Virus record (IMG/VR): IMGVR_UViG_3300005253_000262
Span: 8,475-72,474 of that record
DNA from: a virus
Direction: 5' to 3' (one strand)
Length of the DNA: 64,000 bases
Part shown: in pieces, positions 58,923-64,000 of the stretch
Position numbering within the stretch: the stretch's first letter is position 1
Layout of the letters: each line of letters starts with the position of its first letter
Made by a program: the position numbers and the translations under genes
The notes under the pieces: generated by a model
The model's input: only the letters and a program-made list of their open reading frames with translations
Database searches by the model: none
Told to the model about the DNA's origin: nothing

Positions 58923-59369
58923 ATGGCACCAGAAGAAGCAGTAAGTTTTGACAAGGGAGAATCCCTTGTAGTCGACATGAGTGGCGTGGATGAAGCGCAG
59001 GAGTTCGAAGCTATCCCCGCCGGAATGTACCCGTGTCAGATCATCGAAAACGAGTTCGGCTACAGCCAGAGCAAAGGCACGCCGATGTGGACCCTCGTGT
59101 TGGAAGTTAGCGAAGGCGAGTACGCTGGGCGGCGACTATGGAACCACATGGTCATGGCTGGCAAGGGCATGCCTTTCACGAAGAAGGATCTTGCCCAGAT
59201 CGCGCCGGAGCTCCTCGAGAATCCATTCAGCGCGGATGATGCTGAGGTCGTCGCGTCGATGCTCGGCAAAGACGTCATCGCGAAAGTTAAGATCCAATTT
59301 CGCGAAGGCGAGAAGCAGAACAACGTGCGTGGGCTCTTCGCTGCTGACGAAGGCGACGGATTCAGTTGA
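58923..59369 (+). CDS. single-stranded DNA-binding protein (DUF669-like)
   Basis: FE.IPAG.Y, S.KG.PM, GEYAGRRLW, N.V, acidic/Phe C-terminus; after Sak4. Confidence 0.8.
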   Translation: MAPEEAVSFDKGESLVVDMSGVDEAQEFEAIPAGMYPCQIIENEFGYSQSKGTPMWTLVLEVSEGEYAGRRLWNHMVMAGKGMPFTKKDLAQIAPELLENPFSADDAEVVASMLGKDVIAKVKIQFREGEKQNNVRGLFAADEGDGFS

Positions 59370-59393
59370 TCAAAGGCGGTTTGGTATCTAGTC

Positions 59394-59699
59394 GTGTCTC
59401 AGCGCAGTTCATTAAGTGTCCTTCAGATACTTGATAAGCTCGTTGAGCACGGCTGGATCCCACTCCGGTCTATGGCTGTTCTGTTAGGCCTCCGCGAGGT
59501 ACGTGGGATCTACCAGCGCCAAAGGGGCAAGAATGCAATACCAGTTGTTCAGGTTGGGGGCACAAAACGTGTCTACGCCGATGTAGTCGTCGAGACTCTA
59601 GAAAAAGCCACCCCCAACAAGTACCGAGGAGATGGCACAATTCTTAGTCTGTACCGTGACATGCTCAGACGCAAGCAAAAGGAGAAGGAAGATCGTTAG
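59394..59699 (+). CDS. excisionase-like HTH protein
   Basis: LR.MA.LLG.....IY......IP..QVGG..RV. Confidence 0.55.
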   Translation: MSQRSSLSVLQILDKLVEHGWIPLRSMAVLLGLREVRGIYQRQRGKNAIPVVQVGGTKRVYADVVVETLEKATPNKYRGDGTILSLYRDMLRRKQKEKEDR

Positions 59700-59899
59700 G
59701 TTTATCGACTTGCGTGGGATGTCAACTGGTTACAGATTCGCCTTCTGGGATACCGTGGTGGATAGATTCATCATGGTTGGGGACGATCAGGCATGGGATA
59801 CCGTCGATGACTTACGAGAAGGGGCAAGGATTGCGAACCTCAACATAAACAGATATATCAATCTATGCCCTGCTTGGGCATACATCGAGGAGAAAGAGG

Positions 59900-60589
59900 A
59901 TGCCTAAAGCATACGTGTTACTATCAGGGGGAATTGATTCAACTACATGCCTTGCACAAGCCGTTAAGGACTGGGATGGTCTAGTGTGCGGGGTTAGTTT
60001 CAACTACGGACAGAGACACACAAATGAAATCCAACATGCGCACATGGTTGCAACGGCGCTCGATTGCGCCTTTATCACGAAGGACATTTCTGGGATCATT
60101 GGTAAAGGTGGGATTACTGATAACTCCCTTGTCATGCCTCAAGTTTCCTACGACGACCTCCCGGGTGGTGTCAGTCCCACCTATGTCCCGTTTAGAAATG
60201 GAACTCTCCTTTCCTGCATCACTTCACTTGCAGCGACAGATCCAGAAGCTGAAGCAGTGTACTTTGGCGCTCACGCAGATGACGCTGCAAATTGGGCATA
60301 CCCGGACTGTACTCCTGAATTTATCGGAGGCATGGCTAACGCTATCTATATCGGGACCTACCACAAAATCCGACTGTACACTCCTCTAATGTTCATGAAC
60401 AAAGCGCAAGTCATCAGGCGAGGAGAGGAGTTATTTGCGCCCTTCGAGCTAACATGGTCGTGCTACGAGGGGGGCGTCCACCACTGTGGTATGTGCCCAA
60501 CATGCCGTAGTCGTAGAGAGGGGTTCAGAGATGCAGGAGTAACAGATCCTACAGCGTATGAACAAGAACCAGTGGAGATGCACTTATGA
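59900..60589 (+). CDS. queC: 7-cyano-7-deazaguanine synthase
   Basis: LLSGGIDSTT, YGQRH..E, TYVPFRN, YPDC.PEF, TWSCY.G...HCG.C.TC..R. Confidence 0.96.
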   Translation: MPKAYVLLSGGIDSTTCLAQAVKDWDGLVCGVSFNYGQRHTNEIQHAHMVATALDCAFITKDISGIIGKGGITDNSLVMPQVSYDDLPGGVSPTYVPFRNGTLLSCITSLAATDPEAEAVYFGAHADDAANWAYPDCTPEFIGGMANAIYIGTYHKIRLYTPLMFMNKAQVIRRGEELFAPFELTWSCYEGGVHHCGMCPTCRSRREGFRDAGVTDPTAYEQEPVEMHL

Positions 60590-61032
60590 TTATTGCTCCA
60601 CAAACGGCAGAACAGTACATGCAGTTCCTGAAGGACACTTCGTGGTACAAGCACGCTGGGCATAACGACAGTGGGGAGATAGCGTACCTCGCTCTAGGCC
60701 TCGCAGGAGAGACAGGCGAATTCGTCGATCAGGTCAAGAAGATCGTGCGCGTATCTGGGTTCAATAACTACAACGAGTTTCGCCGTATACTGGCAGAGAG
60801 TGGGCGTGAGGAACTCCTCGTTGAGGAACTTGGCGATGTACTGTGGTACATGACACGGCTCATGGACGTGCTTAATATCGATATCCAGGAGCTAATGGTG
60901 CGCAACACCTATAAACTCTATGCTCGGCTTAGGGAGAAACCTGAGTTCAAGGACCTTGAATGGCCCTTCACAGATCCATTCATCAGCTACGAGAACGTTA
61001 AGGAGCGAATCGATCATGTATGTATCGACTAA
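60586..61032 (+). CDS. MazG-like nucleotide pyrophosphohydrolase
   Basis: LGLAGETGE....KK...EELGDVLWY...N..KL..R. Confidence 0.85.
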   Translation: MIIAPQTAEQYMQFLKDTSWYKHAGHNDSGEIAYLALGLAGETGEFVDQVKKIVRVSGFNNYNEFRRILAESGREELLVEELGDVLWYMTRLMDVLNIDIQELMVRNTYKLYARLREKPEFKDLEWPFTDPFISYENVKERIDHVCID

Positions 61033-61531
61033 GAGATATGACCACTCGCGAGGATACAGTGTCGCATATCGTCAGCACAAGGCAGACTCTCACTGCCGAT
61101 TCATTCACGGTTACAGTCTCGCCTTCGATTTTGAGTTCGAGTCCGAAACGTTGGACGTACGGAATTGGGTTTGCGACTTCGGAGGGTTTAGTACTCTCAG
61201 AGATTTCCTTGACGAGTACTTCGATCATACTCTGCTGGTTGCTCAGGATGATCCTGAACTCGAGTTCTTTAGAGAACTTAACCGTAAAGGCTTGGCACAA
61301 GTTAGAGAGGTCACAAAGACTGGATGTGAAGGCCTAGCAGAGTACCTATTCTGGTGGATAAACGAAGTCTGGATAGAAGAGAACGGTTACAAGCCGAGAG
61401 TCTTCTGTCGCAGCGTCCGTGTCTGGGAAACACCCTCGAATAGCGCTATGGTCGAGTGGTCTCGCGAGCAGTGGGTTATAGCAGGCCAAAAGGGGTATCC
61501 TAGTACCCAAGGTTCACACTATGGTAGCTAA
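61016..61531 (+). CDS. queD: 6-carboxytetrahydropterin synthase
   Basis: SHCRFIHGYS, DFG, FDHT, GCE.LAE, VWETPSNSA; AGGAG RBS. Confidence 0.93.
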   Translation: MYVSTKRYDHSRGYSVAYRQHKADSHCRFIHGYSLAFDFEFESETLDVRNWVCDFGGFSTLRDFLDEYFDHTLLVAQDDPELEFFRELNRKGLAQVREVTKTGCEGLAEYLFWWINEVWIEENGYKPRVFCRSVRVWETPSNSAMVEWSREQWVIAGQKGYPSTQGSHYGS

Positions 61532-61772
61532 GAACAAGACGATGAAGATAGCATGCTGTGTAATGGCTGATGGAGATGTAGCATTTACTCTCGCAGATCA
61601 GACCTCTATCAACACGGTAATGGAGAAATGGAACGACAAGCGTAGTAAGGAGGAGCGCCTCAAATACAAAGAGGCAGGCACACAGGGTGGAGTCGTAGTT
61701 ATAACGATGCTTTCATCCAACTATTTCAAGCTCCCATTAAAAGATGGGTGGCTAATTAAGGAGCCAACATGA
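61521..61772 (+). CDS. hypothetical protein
   Basis: Overlapping ORF within que cluster. Confidence 0.5.
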   Translation: MVAKNKTMKIACCVMADGDVAFTLADQTSINTVMEKWNDKRSKEERLKYKEAGTQGGVVVITMLSSNYFKLPLKDGWLIKEPT

Positions 61773-61978
61773 GCGACAAGACCACAGCATTGTTCCTGCA
61801 GGAAATCCAGCTACAGATTGAGCAGGAGATCGACAAGCTGAAGCCCGACTTCATGGCCGTAGAAGTATCGGGTCCTATAGCTGGTTCCCATAAGGAGTGG
61901 CCCAAACTTCAAGGCCTGATGAACATCAGTACACGTATCTACGATGCCGCCGTACTCTTAGGAGCACCCAGTGAGTAA
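61769..61978 (+). CDS. hypothetical protein
   Basis: AAGGAG RBS, ATGA-coupled. Confidence 0.55.
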   Translation: MSDKTTALFLQEIQLQIEQEIDKLKPDFMAVEVSGPIAGSHKEWPKLQGLMNISTRIYDAAVLLGAPSE

Positions 61979-63683
61979 GGAACACAAGTTCCAAGTGATC
62001 GAGTGCTTTGGCCCCACCATACAAGGTGAGGGGCTAATGTCGGGGACCGTGACACACTTCCTACGCCTCGGTGGGTGTGGGCTGCGATGTACCTGGTGCG
62101 TGGCTGAAAATAGCCACGTATTGATGGCTGATTGGTCACAGAAGCCTATACAGGACGTTGTGGCTGGTGACTATGTGATGGCGCTAGTACATGGTAAACA
62201 CAACAGTCGGCTACAATCTACAGAAGTTACAGATACACATGATAACGGCATGCAGGAGGTAGTAGAGGTCGAGAATTCTACCAATTCCCTAGTATGTACT
62301 CCCAACCATCGAATATATACTAACCTCGCTTGGCGTGAAGTACAAGAGTTGATCCAGGAGATGGATGTATACTACGTGCCGCAAGGTGTTCAAAATCGTC
62401 ACTGGCGAATGGGATGGCTGGCAGGAATGATCGCTGGCGATGGATCATACTCCAAATCTAGTAATCAGGGGACTAGACTCGATATAGATAGCAAGGATGT
62501 AGAAATTATCGACCTTTCTCAAGAAATACTACAGGAACTAGAAATTCATGTAGCACGTAGAACATATACAGCCCGTAGTGGGTCACTTATTCACAAACTA
62601 CACACGAACCGTAAAGGAATAGCTGATAAACTTCGTCAAAAGCTGTCCCCACCAAGGATACCTACTGACATAGATTTTAGCAGGGGATGGGTTGCGGGCT
62701 TTTTTGATGCTGAGGGATGTATGGCAAAGTCTAACACAGCCTATACAATCAGCCAGTCTGCTCGTGTGAACCAAGACAAGATTGACGAACTAAAGGCGCA
62801 CCTGAGCATTGTAGGTATAGGATGGACGGTGAGGGATACAGGTAGAGGCGTTGTAGAATTCCGCCTTAAAGATTGGGTTCGACTTCTCACCTACTGTTGC
62901 CCCATACTACACCGGAAGTATCCTGAATACATAGGAAGACAAGCCATTCCCCATGCCCCCGCACACATAGTACCAGACACAGAATTGCGTCACGTGTACG
63001 ACCTAACCACAGAAGCAGGGAGCTACGTAGCAGAGGGGTTTATAGTACATAATTGTGACAGTATGCATGCGGTACTGCCTGAGGAGGTCAAGAAGAATCG
63101 TACACTGATGACCACAATGGAGATCCTGGAGTACATCAAAAGCCTAGCACCTGCGCCTTATGTTACCCTAACAGGCGGTGACCCGTGTATACAGGAAGAG
63201 CTTGGCCCACTCGTGATACACCTAAACATGGCTGGGATGAAAGTAGCAGTAGAGACCCAAGGACAATTCTTCCCGAGCTGGCTTGAGACCACAGATGTAA
63301 TCACGTTCTCACCCAAAGGCCCCTCCAGCGGTAATATCGTCGAGATAGAGGACCTATATAATTGGTTAGGGCGCCGTAGCCCTAAGCGTAGCTTCCGGGT
63401 ATGTATCAAGGTCGTAGTCTTCGATGAAGCGGACTTCAAATACGCACTGGAAGTATACGCAGCCCTCCCAACGGTGTTCTACGACTCATTCTACTTCACC
63501 GCAGGAACTCCGATAGATACTACGGGCCCCCAGGAACGTATTGCCGCGGTACTACAGAACGAACAAGCCCTTGCGCAGATGATGCTAGGGCTCGCGCAAG
63601 GTGGGGAATTTTTTACTGAGAAGGTCCATATAGGATGTCAGCAACATGTCTTATTGTGGCCCGAAGCAGACCGAGGAGTGTAG
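61971..63683 (+). CDS. queE: 7-carboxy-7-deazaguanine synthase (radical SAM), intein-containing
   Basis: E.FGPTIQGEG, FLRLGGC...C..[intein]CDS, TLTGGDP, VETQG, SPKGPSS, QQH. Confidence 0.93.
   Translation: MSKEHKFQVIECFGPTIQGEGLMSGTVTHFLRLGGCGLRCTWCVAENSHVLMADWSQKPIQDVVAGDYVMALVHGKHNSRLQSTEVTDTHDNGMQEVVEVENSTNSLVCTPNHRIYTNLAWREVQELIQEMDVYYVPQGVQNRHWRMGWLAGMIAGDGSYSKSSNQGTRLDIDSKDVEIIDLSQEILQELEIHVARRTYTARSGSLIHKLHTNRKGIADKLRQKLSPPRIPTDIDFSRGWVAGFFDAEGCMAKSNTAYTISQSARVNQDKIDELKAHLSIVGIGWTVRDTGRGVVEFRLKDWVRLLTYCCPILHRKYPEYIGRQAIPHAPAHIVPDTELRHVYDLTTEAGSYVAEGFIVHNCDSMHAVLPEEVKKNRTLMTTMEILEYIKSLAPAPYVTLTGGDPCIQEELGPLVIHLNMAGMKVAVETQGQFFPSWLETTDVITFSPKGPSSGNIVEIEDLYNWLGRRSPKRSFRVCIKVVVFDEADFKYALEVYAALPTVFYDSFYFTAGTPIDTTGPQERIAAVLQNEQALAQMMLGLAQGGEFFTEKVHIGCQQHVLLWPEADRGV
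62097..63053 (+). mobile_element. intein with LAGLIDADG homing endonuclease (319 aa)
   Basis: Starts CVAENSHVLMAD, T.NH block B, LAGMIAGDG and VAGFFDAEG, VYDL...IVHN/C. Confidence 0.93.
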
Positions 63684-63684
63684 T

Positions 63685-63972
63685 ATGAGTGTCACAGAAG
63701 AACAGGTAAAAGGAGTACAAAGACACGCCTACATGAGGGTGATCCTGAAGGACATGGGAATTGACCTCGAGGAGGTGAACTTCAAGGGGACTCCCGAACG
63801 ATGGCTGAAGTACCTGGAGAGTTATATAGTCCCCTACAATCCCCAGGATGACCTTGGAGTCACATTTCCTTTGAAAGGGGCCTCCGAGGATATCTACGAT
63901 AGAGCCATGATCGTACAAGCTGGGATCCCCTACAGAGCGGTATGTGCCCACCATCTATTACCGGTGCTGGGG
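63685..63972 (+). CDS. folE: GTP cyclohydrolase I, 3'-truncated
   Basis: TPER, FP, MIV..I....CAHHLLP..G; runs into adapter. Confidence 0.88.
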
Positions 63973-64000
63973 CTGTCTCTTATACACATCTGACGCTGCC
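63973..64000 (+). other. Nextera/Tn5 adapter (artefact)
   Basis: CTGTCTCTTATACACATCT-GACGCTGCC. Confidence 0.97.

Noticed and set aside
59394-59699. Evidence of lysogeny from the excisionase-like HTH
   Set aside because: No integrase, att site or CI/Cro pair in the window; such HTH genes are common in lytic replication modules
63973-64000. Tn5 mosaic end / apparent FolE C-terminus LSLIHI*
   Set aside because: Exact Nextera adapter read-through; not a transposon end or a real stop

Overview
Most of a tailed dsDNA phage genome (siphovirus-type, Gram-negative host, no integrase seen), apparently cut from a circularly permuted map. Virion and lysis genes run leftward on the minus strand (about 1.5-32.1 kb): terminase, portal, an unusual repeat-fibre cluster, lysis cassette, head, tail, tape measure and tail tip. 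Early, replication and DNA-modification genes run rightward from 32.4 kb: many small ORFs, ligase, primase-helicase, RuvC-like nuclease, SNF2 helicase, Cas4-like nuclease, Sak4-like ATPase and SSB. They end in a 7-deazaguanine (preQ0) pathway: queC, MazG-like, queD, intein-split queE and a truncated folE. DNA polymerase and dpdA are not in the window, and the last 28 nt are Nextera adapter. Most unusual observations: (1) a ~600 bp stretch almost free of GpC that holds a stand-alone HTH gene at the probable genome-start region; (2) a tRNA-like RNA whose anticodon arm is replaced by a pseudoknot, followed by a T4 gene 32-like pseudoknot in front of the SSB; (3) three twin-arginine-leader proteins, one carrying a miniature copy of the terminase ATPase core; (4) a repeated CAAGTGTCAAA box and further structured intergenic RNAs. 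All calls come from manual motif reading; no database searches were run.
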